This document shows, piece by piece, positions 17,880-26,359 of a DNA stretch of 43,923 bases; the first letter of the stretch is position 1; each line of letters opens with the position of its first letter. The position numbers and the translations under genes were made by a program. Origin of the DNA: an uncultured Pseudomonadales bacterium. GTDB lineage: Bacteria; Patescibacteriota; Microgenomatia; UBA1400; PJMF01. The stretch lies in contig CAZMZI010000002.1 in assembly GCA_964570775.1 (NCBI GenBank), positions 1-43,923 on the forward strand, read 5' to 3'. Below the pieces are notes generated by a model. The model did no database searches and was not told where the DNA came from. It saw nothing but the letters and a program-made list of their open reading frames with translations.

Positions 17880-18245
17880 TTATACTTCTATACCTTGAGC
17901 TCTGAGTGTTTCTGCAACAATACTAACTCTACCATGATACTTATATTGACCACGATCAAACACTACTGCTGTTATTTTTTTAGCTTTAAGTGCTTTTGCT
18001 AACTCTGTTGCTGCCCCAGCTGCAAGCTCCTTTTTGGTAGCTTTGGTTTTCTTGTCTTTTCGAGCTGCAACGTCACTTGCTGCAACTACTGTTTTTTGCG
18101 CCACGTCATCAACTGCTTGCATGTAGGTGTATTTATTCGATCTAAACACCGTTACTCTTGGACGTTTTGCTGTACCATTTAGTTTAGAACGAACACGTAG
18201 TTTTCGTTTCTCAACTTTAGATAGTGAATGTCTTATGGTTGGCAT
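17880..18245 (-). CDS. rplR: 50S ribosomal protein L18
   Basis: RPRVTVFRSNKYTYMQAVDD...VVFDRGQYKYHGRV. Confidence 0.96.
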   Translation of the reverse strand: MPTIRHSLSKVEKRKLRVRSKLNGTAKRPRVTVFRSNKYTYMQAVDDVAQKTVVAASDVAARKDKKTKATKKELAAGAATELAKALKAKKITAVVFDRGQYKYHGRVSIVAETLRAQGIEV

Positions 18246-18262
18246 AGTACTTTCTTCTCAAA

Positions 18263-18799
18263 CTAAGCGGCAGCTTTTCCTTGTTTTCTTCGAACTACTT
18301 CATCTTCGTAACGGATACCTTTACCCTTATAAGGTTCTGGTGGTCTAATTTTGCGAATCTCTGCAGCCATTTGGCCTACTTGTTGTTTGTCTGTACCTTC
18401 AACATAGATCGTATCGGTACCTTCAACCTTAAGTGAAATTCCTGGCTTTGCTGGGACATCAACAGGATGTGAAAAACCAACAGCAAGTTGGATTCCTTGA
18501 CCTTGTGCTTTTGCTCTGTATCCAGTACCAATAAGTTTAAGTGTTTTCTTATATCCTGCAGTTACACCAATAATGGTGTTGTTTACTAGACTTCGAACTA
18601 ATCCGTGCAAAGCTTTTGTAGGCTTTTCATCATTACTTCGAGTAACAACAACCATGCCATCTGCAACAGCAACTTTAATTTTTGCTGGGATACTTGTAAC
18701 AAGTTCTCCCTTTGGCCCCTTAACAGTCACCACCTCTGCTGTTGCAGTAACGGTAACTCCTTGTGGGATGCTGATTGGTGTTCTTCCTATTCTAGACAT
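18263..18799 (-). CDS. rplF: 50S ribosomal protein L6
   Basis: MSRIGRTPISIPQGVTV...GPKGEL...PEPYKGKGIRY. Confidence 0.97.
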   Translation of the reverse strand: MSRIGRTPISIPQGVTVTATAEVVTVKGPKGELVTSIPAKIKVAVADGMVVVTRSNDEKPTKALHGLVRSLVNNTIIGVTAGYKKTLKLIGTGYRAKAQGQGIQLAVGFSHPVDVPAKPGISLKVEGTDTIYVEGTDKQQVGQMAAEIRKIRPPEPYKGKGIRYEDEVVRRKQGKAAA

Positions 18800-18822
18800 A
18801 TCGTTTTTTCTTTACGTTGTGA

Positions 18823-19218
18823 TTACCAAACTTGACAGAGTAATTCTCCACCTACATTTTCTTTTCTTGCCTGTGTATCGGTCATTACACCTTTACTTGT
18901 TGACAAGATAGTGATGCCATAACCACCAAGTGTTTTTGGAATAGCACCTGATGCTGTATATAATCTTCTTCCTGGCTTAGAAAGTCGTTTTACCTCATTA
19001 ATTGCAGGTTGCTTACCAACGTACTTCAAAGCAACAACTAATTTAGTAAATGGCATATCACCTTCAACCTTAACTGAAGACACATATCCCTCACTGACCA
19101 AAATGTCAGCAATAGACTTCTTCATGTTAGAGAATGGTGCTTCCACAACATTCAATCTAGCCATGTGAGCGTTTTTGATTCTGATAATAAAATCTGCAAT
19201 TGGATCAGTCATACTCAC
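18823..19218 (-). CDS. rpsH: 30S ribosomal protein S8
   Basis: MSMTDPIADFIIRIKNAHMA...GITILSTSKGVMTD. Confidence 0.97.
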   Translation of the reverse strand: MSMTDPIADFIIRIKNAHMARLNVVEAPFSNMKKSIADILVSEGYVSSVKVEGDMPFTKLVVALKYVGKQPAINEVKRLSKPGRRLYTASGAIPKTLGGYGITILSTSKGVMTDTQARKENVGGELLCQVW

Positions 19219-19223
19219 CTTGA

Positions 19224-19454
19224 TTACTTACTTGACTTAACTACGCCTGGTAGTTCGCCTTTAACTGCTAACTCTCTAAATGTAATACGGCTTAGCCCAA
19301 AGAATCTCATGTATCCTCTTGGACGGCCTGTTATTTTACAACGATTTTCACCTCTAGTCGAGAACTTGTTTGGCTTTTTCTCACCAGCAAGCTCGTATGT
19401 TTTTCTTTTCTCTTGTAGTTTCTTAGATTTTGCAATCTTAGATTTTTTAGCCAT
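19224..19454 (-). CDS. rpsN: 30S ribosomal protein S14 (76 aa, without the Zn-binding Cys quartet)
   Basis: [12 protein letters not shown]...[39 protein letters not shown]. Confidence 0.93.
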   Translation of the reverse strand: MAKKSKIAKSKKLQEKRKTYELAGEKKPNKFSTRGENRCKITGRPRGYMRFFGLSRITFRELAVKGELPGVVKSSK

Positions 19455-19466
19455 GAACTGCTTCCT

Positions 19467-20027
19467 TTACTTTTGGTCCTCTTTTTCAAACGGCATACCG
19501 AGTAACTCAAGCAATCTGAATGCTTGGTCATTTGTTGGAGAAGAAGTCACAAAATTAATTTGTAAACCTCTCACACTTTCAATGGTATCGTACTCGATCT
19601 CAGGAAAAATGATTTGTTCCTCAAGACCCATACTATAATTACCTTGACCATCAAATGCTTTTCTTGATACACCTCTAAAGTCCTTCACACGTGGAAGAGC
19701 AATAGAAATAAGTTTTGTTAAGAAATCCCACATATAGTGACCGCGCAATGTTACCATTACACCCATTGGATCACCTTCACGTAGTTTAAAACCAGCAATT
19801 GATTTCTTTGCTAGAGTAATTTGAGGTTTTTGACCACTCATTACCTGTAATTGAGTTACCACGTTCTCAATTATTGGTTTACGTGCTCTAGGATCTTGTG
19901 GATTAGTGATACCCACATTAATAACAATTTTCTTTAGTTTTGGCACAGCCATAACATTAGCAATCCCAAACTCTTTTCTGAGCTGAGGTGCAATAGTGCT
20001 GGTATAGGTATCTCTTATGTTTGACAT
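19467..20027 (-). CDS. rplE: 50S ribosomal protein L5
   Basis: VPKLKKIVINVGI...GDPMGVMVTLRGHYMWDFL...NYSMGLEEQIIFPEI. Confidence 0.97.
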   Translation of the reverse strand: MSNIRDTYTSTIAPQLRKEFGIANVMAVPKLKKIVINVGITNPQDPRARKPIIENVVTQLQVMSGQKPQITLAKKSIAGFKLREGDPMGVMVTLRGHYMWDFLTKLISIALPRVKDFRGVSRKAFDGQGNYSMGLEEQIIFPEIEYDTIESVRGLQINFVTSSPTNDQAFRLLELLGMPFEKEDQK

Positions 20028-20033
20028 ACTTTT

Positions 20034-20360
20034 TTACTTCTTAGCTGGTGCTTTTTCTGGAACTACAGCACCTGTTTTCTTAAACACTCTTGATTTTGTA
20101 CCGTCTTTTGCAATCTTGTATCCAATTCTGTCTGGTTGACCTTTGTCATTAACAATTGCAATCTTTGCTGTTGAGAGTGCTCTCTCAACAAGAACACGAT
20201 CACCTGTTCTACCACCCATTGGTTTAACGTGTTTAACGTACTTGTTTACACCTTCAACAACAACCTTATCTTTAGCTGGCACAACACGTACAATAGTACC
20301 TGATTTACCTTTGTCTTTACCTGTTGTTACTGTTACGTTGTCACCTGTTTTAAATTTCAT
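20034..20360 (-). CDS. rplX: 50S ribosomal protein L24
   Basis: KOW motif MKFKTGDNVTVTTGKDKGKSGTIVRV. Confidence 0.95.
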   Translation of the reverse strand: MKFKTGDNVTVTTGKDKGKSGTIVRVVPAKDKVVVEGVNKYVKHVKPMGGRTGDRVLVERALSTAKIAIVNDKGQPDRIGYKIAKDGTKSRVFKKTGAVVPEKAPAKK

Positions 20361-20373
20361 AACTCATTTCAAA

Positions 20374-20748
20374 TTACAAGACTTCTTGAGCCAAACTAGC
20401 AATTTTACTAAAACCATTGTCCTTAACTTCACGAGCAACTGGACCAAACACACGAGTTCCAACTGGAACTGGGTTTTTTCTGGACTCTATTATAACCGCT
20501 GCGTTGTCATCAAATCGAATGTATTCACCATTCTTTCTTCGAGACTCTTTTCTCGTTCTAACAATAATTGCTTTAACTTTTTCACCTTTTTTAACAGTGC
20601 CATTTGGATCAGCTTGGATAACTGAAGCAGCAACCACATCACCAACATAACCAAATCTACGTCTGGATCCGCCGTGAACTTGGATAACTCTGAGTCTCTT
20701 TGCTCCACTGTTATCGGCTACTTGTAGTACAGTTCGTAATTGAATCAT
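20374..20748 (-). CDS. rplN: 50S ribosomal protein L14
   Basis: [24 protein letters not shown]... Confidence 0.97.
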   Translation of the reverse strand: MIQLRTVLQVADNSGAKRLRVIQVHGGSRRRFGYVGDVVAASVIQADPNGTVKKGEKVKAIIVRTRKESRRKNGEYIRFDDNAAVIIESRKNPVPVGTRVFGPVAREVKDNGFSKIASLAQEVL

Positions 20749-20757
20749 AGCCGACTC

Positions 20758-20991
20758 CTACTTCTCAACCTTCTTAACAACTTTGAATCGCTTGGTTTTA
20801 CTAACTGGTCTACAAGGAGCTATCTCAACTGTGTCACCAGCCTCTAAAACCATGTTCTCAAAATGACATGCAAAATTCTTTGTTCTTTTAACAGACTTTA
20901 GGTACATTGGGTGTTGCCACATACGAGCAACACTTACCTGTGCGGTTTGTGCTGTTTTAACTGACTGAACTGTTCCTTGTATCGTTTTCAT
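20758..20991 (-). CDS. rpsQ: 30S ribosomal protein S17
   Basis: GTVQSVKTAQTAQVSVARMWQHPMYLKSVKRTKNFACH...GDTVEIAPCRPVSKTKRF. Confidence 0.95.
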   Translation of the reverse strand: MKTIQGTVQSVKTAQTAQVSVARMWQHPMYLKSVKRTKNFACHFENMVLEAGDTVEIAPCRPVSKTKRFKVVKKVEK

Positions 20992-20999
20992 ACGTTTCT

Positions 21000-21203
21000 T
21001 TACTTACTAGCAAGCTCTTTCTTTTTGAGCACTGTCTTAACTCTTGCAATATCATCTGCCAATAAAGCAATATGTGTGTTTTTTCTGCGACCAGCTTTCT
21101 TCTCAAGACGAGCTCCCGCGAATTGCTTGATTAACTCCACAACTTGAGCTTGTAACTCGGTTATGCTTTTTTCATGTAGTGCTTTTATGTCGTTTCTTCT
21201 CAT
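21000..21203 (-). CDS. rpmC: 50S ribosomal protein L29
   Basis: MRRNDIKALHEKSITELQAQVVELIKQ... The ATG at 21203 starts 1 nt after the rplP TAA. The track start at 21215 is TTG and would overlap rplP. Confidence 0.92.
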   Translation of the reverse strand: MRRNDIKALHEKSITELQAQVVELIKQFAGARLEKKAGRRKNTHIALLADDIARVKTVLKKKELASK

Positions 21204-21204
21204 G

Positions 21205-21609
21205 TTATTTTCCAATGGTTGTTGTGCGAACCGAAAGCTTATGACCTGCTTTTCTGAACGCTTCTTTTGCCATATCTGCTGTTACACCTGCAATTTCAAA
21301 CAATACCATTCCAGGTTTTACAACTGCTACATATGTATCAATAGCACCTTTACCAGAACCCATTTTCACACCTACTGGCTTCTTAGTAATGGGCTTGTGT
21401 GGAAACACTCTCACCCAATACTTACCAGCACGCTTGGTCATAAAGGTAATCTTTTTGCGAGCTGCTTCAATTTCTCGAGTGCTAACCCAACCAGTGGTTG
21501 TAGCTTGCATACCGAACTCACCAAAAGCTACAGTTGCACCACGTTGTGCTTCACCTCTGCGCTTACCTCTAAATTGTTTTCTGTATTTGCTTTTCTTAGG
21601 TTGTAACAT
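21205..21609 (-). CDS. rplP: 50S ribosomal protein L16
   Basis: MLQPKKSKYRKQFRGKRRG... Confidence 0.97.
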   Translation of the reverse strand: MLQPKKSKYRKQFRGKRRGEAQRGATVAFGEFGMQATTTGWVSTREIEAARKKITFMTKRAGKYWVRVFPHKPITKKPVGVKMGSGKGAIDTYVAVVKPGMVLFEIAGVTADMAKEAFRKAGHKLSVRTTTIGK

Positions 21610-21632
21610 ATCTCAGGTCCACGCGAATTGGC

Positions 21633-22283
21633 TTATACTATCTCACCTTTGTTAATCCATACCTTAATACCAACGTATCCAGATCTTGTTGCTGCTGGCA
21701 TTTGGTAATAATCAATGTCAGCACGCATTGTTTGAGTTGGCACACTACCCTCAAAATACTTTTCTGTGCGGCCAATTTCTGCACCGCCAATTCTTCCAGC
21801 GAGTGCAATCTTGACACCTTCTGCACCTGCTTGCATAACCTTCTCAAGAGCTTGGTTTACAGCTCTGCGATGTGGATAACGCTTCAGGAGTTGTTGTGCT
21901 ATACGCTCAGCAACAAGTTTTGCACTTAAGTCTGGTTTAGTGACTTCCTCAACTCTTAAGTCAATTTTAACTTTATCCTTTTTTCGTTTGGCCACGTTAA
22001 GAATTCTCTCAATCTCACCCTTAACAACTTCCAAGTTTGCCCCACCTCGACCAATAACAACACCAGGTCTAGAAACAAACAGTACTACTCTGATAGCGGT
22101 AAGAGATCGTTCAATCTCTACTTTAACCAAACCAGCACTTTCCAACTTTGTCTTTAAGAATGCTCTTAGTTTGTAGTCTTCGAGTAGTTTACTAGCGTAA
22201 TCACTCTTATCTGCAAACCACTTAGACTTCCAGGTAAAGGTATTACCTAATCTAAAACCAGTTGGATTTACTTTTTGTCCCAT
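21633..22283 (-). CDS. rpsC: 30S ribosomal protein S3
   Basis: MGQKVNPTGFRLGNTFTWKSKWFA..., KH domain. Confidence 0.97.
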   Translation of the reverse strand: MGQKVNPTGFRLGNTFTWKSKWFADKSDYASKLLEDYKLRAFLKTKLESAGLVKVEIERSLTAIRVVLFVSRPGVVIGRGGANLEVVKGEIERILNVAKRKKDKVKIDLRVEEVTKPDLSAKLVAERIAQQLLKRYPHRRAVNQALEKVMQAGAEGVKIALAGRIGGAEIGRTEKYFEGSVPTQTMRADIDYYQMPAATRSGYVGIKVWINKGEIV

Positions 22284-22339
22284 ATGTTTCTTTTACGTGT
22301 ATCGTTTTACTCAAGAACTATGTATTCTACTACAAAACT

Positions 22340-22840
22340 CTACTTTTTACTCACTGACTTTTTTGCAGCAACCTTTTTGGTAGTTTCTACCTTTTTAGTT
22401 ACTTTTTTCTCTGTTACTGGTGCAACTGACTTTTCAGCTTGAGTTACTTCAGCTTTCTTTGTTACTGTTTCACTCTTTTTCGTAGCTTCTGGTGCAGTTG
22501 GTGCAACCACGCCTGCTTCTAGTTCTACAGTTACATGACAAGCTCTCTTCAAGATTGAGTGTGCTCTACCACGACTAACTGCTCTAAATCTGCGGTATCG
22601 TGGACCTTCACTCACCTGAATATTCTTCAAAGTAAGTTGATCAAAACTGTATCCATGGTTATGCATTGCATTCGCAATAGCTTGGCGAATCACTTTGAGT
22701 ACCACGAGCGATGCCTTCTTCTCAACCACAGCCAACTGCTTTATAGCTGCTTCTAGGTTCATTTTCTTAACAGCATGAGCAACCAATCGCACTTTTCGTG
22801 CTGGTTGTCTACTGTTTTTTTGTATAGCTGTTATTAACAT
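22340..22840 (-). CDS. rplV: 50S ribosomal protein L22 with a ~55-aa Lys/Thr/Ala-rich C-terminal tail
   Basis: ARKVRLVAHAVKKMNLEAAIKQL...GPRYRRFRAVSRGRAHSILKRACHVTVEL. 166 aa versus ~110 aa. Confidence 0.95.
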   Translation of the reverse strand: MLITAIQKNSRQPARKVRLVAHAVKKMNLEAAIKQLAVVEKKASLVVLKVIRQAIANAMHNHGYSFDQLTLKNIQVSEGPRYRRFRAVSRGRAHSILKRACHVTVELEAGVVAPTAPEATKKSETVTKKAEVTQAEKSVAPVTEKKVTKKVETTKKVAAKKSVSKK

Positions 22841-22861
22841 AATGCCTTTTTCAGATTAATC

Positions 22862-23146
22862 TTAGGTCTTTGTAAGTAAGCGTTTCACAATCTTACCGTG
22901 ACCTCTGAAAGTACGAGTTGGTGCAAACTCACCGAGCTTGTGACCTACCATAGCTTCAGAAACAAATACTTCAACAAAGTTTTTACCTTGATGAACCATA
23001 AAGGTGTGACCAACAAAATCTGGTGAGACAACACACTCTCTGCTCCAAGTTTTAATTGGTGTTTTAGTTCCAGTTGCTTTTTGAGCCATAACTTTTTTTA
23101 CGAGTTTTGGGTCTAAGTATGGTCCTTTTTTACTTGATCGTGACAT
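22862..23146 (-). CDS. rpsS: 30S ribosomal protein S19
   Basis: [15 protein letters not shown]...[16 protein letters not shown]. Confidence 0.97.
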   Translation of the reverse strand: MSRSSKKGPYLDPKLVKKVMAQKATGTKTPIKTWSRECVVSPDFVGHTFMVHQGKNFVEVFVSEAMVGHKLGEFAPTRTFRGHGKIVKRLLTKT

Positions 23147-23194
23147 ATATTTTCCTCTTGTTTATTTTACCGATAAATCGGCACATTTTAACAA

Positions 23195-24028
23195 TTACTT
23201 TACTCTTCTATCACGAACAATCAGTTTGTCTGTTCTGTGATGCTTCTTTCTTGTCTTCTTACCTAATGCATGCTTACCCCATGGTGTCTTTGGATGCTTC
23301 ATACCAACTCCAGATCTACCTTCACCACCACCATGTGGATGAGAGTCTGGATGCTGTGCGGTACCACGAACAGTTGGGCGAATACCCATAAGTCGTTTTC
23401 TACCAGCTTTACCAATTTTTCTGTTTTTCCATTCTTGATTGCCAACTTGACCAATGGTTGCGTAACACTCTGCACTAATAAGTCGTAGCTCTTTTGAAGG
23501 AAGCTGAATTGTTACAAACTTACCTTCTTTTGACTGCACCATTGCACCTGTGCCAGCACCACGAACCATCTGAGCACCTTTGCCTGCACGGATCTCAATG
23601 TTGTGAATGAACATACCAATTGGCACATTCTTAAGTGGTAATGCATTTCCAGCTTTTACTTCCACTTTTTCACCAGAGACAATAACATCACCTTCTGCTA
23701 AACCAAGTGGAGATACAATGTATGCCTTTTCACCATCTGCATAATAGAGAAGTGCAACGTTTGCACTACGCATTGGATCATACTCAATTCTTTTTACCGT
23801 TGCTGGAACACCAAACTTGTTACGTTTCCAGTCAATAATACGCATCTTTTTCTTAACACCACCACCACGATGTCTCACTGTAACTTTGCCACCAAAGCCA
23901 CGACCTTGTCGTTTCTTGTGACCAGATGCTAGTAATGCTTTTTCTGGCTTTCCAGACCAAAGCTCACTGCGATCTACTTCAACTTGATGTCTTCTTCCTG
24001 GTGTTGTTGCTTTTCGAGATAATAACAT
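23195..24028 (-). CDS. rplB: 50S ribosomal protein L2
   Basis: VRHRGGGVKK...RGTAQHPDSHPHGGGEGRS. Confidence 0.98.
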   Translation of the reverse strand: MLLSRKATTPGRRHQVEVDRSELWSGKPEKALLASGHKKRQGRGFGGKVTVRHRGGGVKKKMRIIDWKRNKFGVPATVKRIEYDPMRSANVALLYYADGEKAYIVSPLGLAEGDVIVSGEKVEVKAGNALPLKNVPIGMFIHNIEIRAGKGAQMVRGAGTGAMVQSKEGKFVTIQLPSKELRLISAECYATIGQVGNQEWKNRKIGKAGRKRLMGIRPTVRGTAQHPDSHPHGGGEGRSGVGMKHPKTPWGKHALGKKTRKKHHRTDKLIVRDRRVK

Positions 24029-24039
24029 ACGTCAAATCC

Positions 24040-24345
24040 TTACGCCTTGGTGCTTTCCGAAATGTCAAAAAGATTAATTGAGTTACCCTTAGCCAAAGTA
24101 ACAAGAGCTTTTTTGACTTTTCCTCCTGCAACTTCTAATCTCCTCTTACCAGTTTTGTGAAGGTCTTTTTGATTCATAATGGTACGAATCGACAACACCT
24201 TAACTGGAAAAAGTTTTTCAACTGCTTCCTTAATTTGATGCTTAGTTGCAAGTCTGCTAACCGCAAAAGTATAAATGTTCTTGGTGTTAGCAAGTCCAAG
24301 TGACTTTTCGGTAATTACTGGTTTAACAATACTATATGCGTTCAT
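24040..24345 (-). CDS. rplW: 50S ribosomal protein L23
   Basis: IVKPVITEKSLGLANTKNIYTFAVSRLATKHQIKEAVEKLF. Confidence 0.95.
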   Translation of the reverse strand: MNAYSIVKPVITEKSLGLANTKNIYTFAVSRLATKHQIKEAVEKLFPVKVLSIRTIMNQKDLHKTGKRRLEVAGGKVKKALVTLAKGNSINLFDISESTKA

Positions 24346-24353
24346 GTCAGGGT

Positions 24354-24998
24354 TTATTCTTTACTAGTTTTCTTTTTTGCTGAATTAGCAACTCTAGCTT
24401 CTAACAAATCAATTGCCTTAGGCTCAAACACAATTGCTTGTGCAGAACTAATGTCATGTGCATTTACTAATGCTGCAGTACTAAGAATGACATTAGATAA
24501 GTTAGCTAAAGAGCGCTCTACTAACTCGTTTCTTTCAGCTAACACAACAAGTACTCTAGACTTATCCATAACTGAAGAAAGCAAAGAAACTGCATTCTTG
24601 GTCTTACCTGAAAGACTAGTAATGTCGGCACAAACCTTAACTAAAGATACTTGTGCACTCAGTGCTGAAATAAGAGCCTTAGCTTTCATTGTGCGGGAGA
24701 GTGATCTGTCCCAGTTTTCGATACCCTTTGGTCCATGAGCAACACCACCACCAACAAAAATTGGTGCGCTTTGAGCACCGTGACGTGCGTTACCGGTACC
24801 CTTTTGTTTGTACATTTTTCGTTTGGTAAGGTTAACTTCAGATCTAGTCTTTACCTTGCTCGTACCTTGACGTGCATTTGAAAGATATACTCTGATTGCT
24901 TGTGAAAGTAGTGCTTTGTTAACTGGTGCACCAAAGAGTGCATCGGATACCGTTACAGAACCTTCTTTACCAGTGGTTGTGATACTCGATACTTTCAT
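24354..24998 (-). CDS. rplD: 50S ribosomal protein L4
   Basis: RQGTSKVKTRSEVNLTKRKMYKQKGTGNARHG. The start overlaps the rplC stop (TAATG). Confidence 0.96.
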   Translation of the reverse strand: MKVSSITTTGKEGSVTVSDALFGAPVNKALLSQAIRVYLSNARQGTSKVKTRSEVNLTKRKMYKQKGTGNARHGAQSAPIFVGGGVAHGPKGIENWDRSLSRTMKAKALISALSAQVSLVKVCADITSLSGKTKNAVSLLSSVMDKSRVLVVLAERNELVERSLANLSNVILSTAALVNAHDISSAQAIVFEPKAIDLLEARVANSAKKKTSKE

Positions 24999-25753
24999 TA
25001 TTCTGCACTTTCAGTAGATTGCTCAGCTTCTGGAGCTACAGTTTTAGGAAGACCAGATGCTTCTCTATCAAGCTCCACATGCTTCTTTGTACCAGTTTTT
25101 GAAATCTTAATATCACTCATAATTGATCCAGGTACTGGGCCACTGAGCCAAATTTCACCTGTTGATTCTTCAATGTGAAGAACCACTAATCCAGCAACTG
25201 ACTTTGCAACGTTACCATAATGACCTGGCATTCTTTTACCCATCCACACACGACCTGGGGTTGTACCAGCACCAATTGAACCAACTGCACGTGCTCTATC
25301 AGATTGACCGTGAGTTGCTGGGCCACCATGGAAACCATGTCTCTTCATAGCACCTGCAAAACCACGACCTTTTATGAAACCTTGAACTGAAACAACGTCA
25401 CCCACTTCCAAAATAGAAGCTAATGAAACTTGTTGACCTGCCTCATAGGTTGATGCATCGCCAAACACTCTAATACCCTTGATGTTCTTAACACCAGAAG
25501 AAAAACCACTCTTCTCTAATCTAGATCTAAGTGGCTTTGTCATGTTTTTAAGTTTTTTGGCACCGTACCCGACTTCAAGAATAGTGCAAGAAAGCTGCTC
25601 TCTTGTCTTACTGTTCTTATCAAGTACTAAAGTCTCTTTTTTACTGAGAATATTATTAACGCCTGCTTTAACTTTGGTAACAGCCAAGCGCTTGCCGTTC
25701 TTGGTCCAGGCTTGTGTCATTCCGAGTTTGGTCACAAAAAAATCTGTTAGCAT
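24998..25753 (-). CDS. rplC: 50S ribosomal protein L3
   Basis: KLGMTQAW...GFIKGRGFAGAMKRHGFHGGPATHGQSDRARAVGSIG. Confidence 0.96.
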   Translation of the reverse strand: MLTDFFVTKLGMTQAWTKNGKRLAVTKVKAGVNNILSKKETLVLDKNSKTREQLSCTILEVGYGAKKLKNMTKPLRSRLEKSGFSSGVKNIKGIRVFGDASTYEAGQQVSLASILEVGDVVSVQGFIKGRGFAGAMKRHGFHGGPATHGQSDRARAVGSIGAGTTPGRVWMGKRMPGHYGNVAKSVAGLVVLHIEESTGEIWLSGPVPGSIMSDIKISKTGTKKHVELDREASGLPKTVAPEAEQSTESAE

Positions 25754-25865
25754 AGCAGTATGTTTCTAGTTTTCTATAGTCCGTTTTTTGGTCTAAGCTC
25801 CTTTTGATTGGCAGAGCAACTCCTTCTCTTATCACTGTTACGTGACAATGTTTTGTATCCATCAA

Positions 25866-26195
25866 TTACATTTTTATCTGAATTGACACACCAGCTGGCA
25901 ACTCCAGATGCATGAGTGAATCAATTGTTTTACTAGTTGGGTTAACAATATCAATCAAGCGCTTGTGCGTTTTAATATGATAGTGCTCTTGTGCATTTTT
26001 ATCGGTATGAGGTGAAACCAACACGGTAAATTCTTTTTTGTCAGTTGGAAGTGGGACTGGTCCTACTACCTTTGCACCAGTTGAGAGTGCTGTTTCAAGA
26101 ATTTTGCGACTAGCTGTGTCAACAACTCTATGGTCATACGATTTAAGTCTGACTCTAATTGAGTACGTTGTTTGTGTAGTTTGTTTCTTAGTCAT
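25866..26195 (-). CDS. rpsJ: 30S ribosomal protein S10
   Basis: [24 protein letters not shown]...GPVPLPT. Confidence 0.97.
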   Translation of the reverse strand: MTKKQTTQTTYSIRVRLKSYDHRVVDTASRKILETALSTGAKVVGPVPLPTDKKEFTVLVSPHTDKNAQEHYHIKTHKRLIDIVNPTSKTIDSLMHLELPAGVSIQIKM

Positions 26196-26259
26196 ACTGT
26201 TAAAGAATGATACCTACTATTTTTTTCTTGTTGCCTATGGCGTTTAACCATAGGTCGAA

Positions 26260-26288
26260 ATTATATAATATCTTCCCCAAGAAGTAAA
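26260..26288 (-). promoter_or_regulatory. Sigma70-like promoter candidate for the S10 cluster
   Basis: On the minus strand: TTTACT (26288..26283), a 17-nt spacer, then TATAAT (26265..26260). It is followed by a 7-bp leader hairpin cctatgg/ccatagg (26234..26254) upstream of the rpsJ ATG. Confidence 0.35.
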
Positions 26289-26343
26289 CCCCGCTTTTGA
26301 TAAGAAAAGCGGGGTTTACCTCCCATCTTCATTGCTGAAGATG
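26284..26343 (-). terminator. Tandem hairpins immediately downstream of tuf
   Basis: Hairpin 1: perfect 15-bp stem gtaaaccccgctttt (26284..26298) pairing with aaaagcggggtttac (26305..26319), 6-nt loop. Hairpin 2: 8-bp stem catcttca (26324..26331) pairing with tgaagatg (26336..26343). The downstream U tract on the minus strand is weak (TTCTTGGGG), so this may act as a stabiliser or attenuator rather than a full terminator. Confidence 0.5.
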
Positions 26344-26359
26344 AAAGGCACCTTAGTAC

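Noticed and set aside
25668-25865. A 65-aa minus-strand ORF covering the rpsJ-rplC spacer, together with two AAGGAG motifs seen in that 112-nt spacer.
   Set aside because: The ORF overlaps the rplC start in another frame and is Cys/His-rich with no recognisable fold. The only start near an AAGGAG is a TTG immediately abutting it (zero spacing), which opens an eight-residue peptide. The longer-than-usual spacer is probably just leader RNA and contains a 7-bp hairpin.
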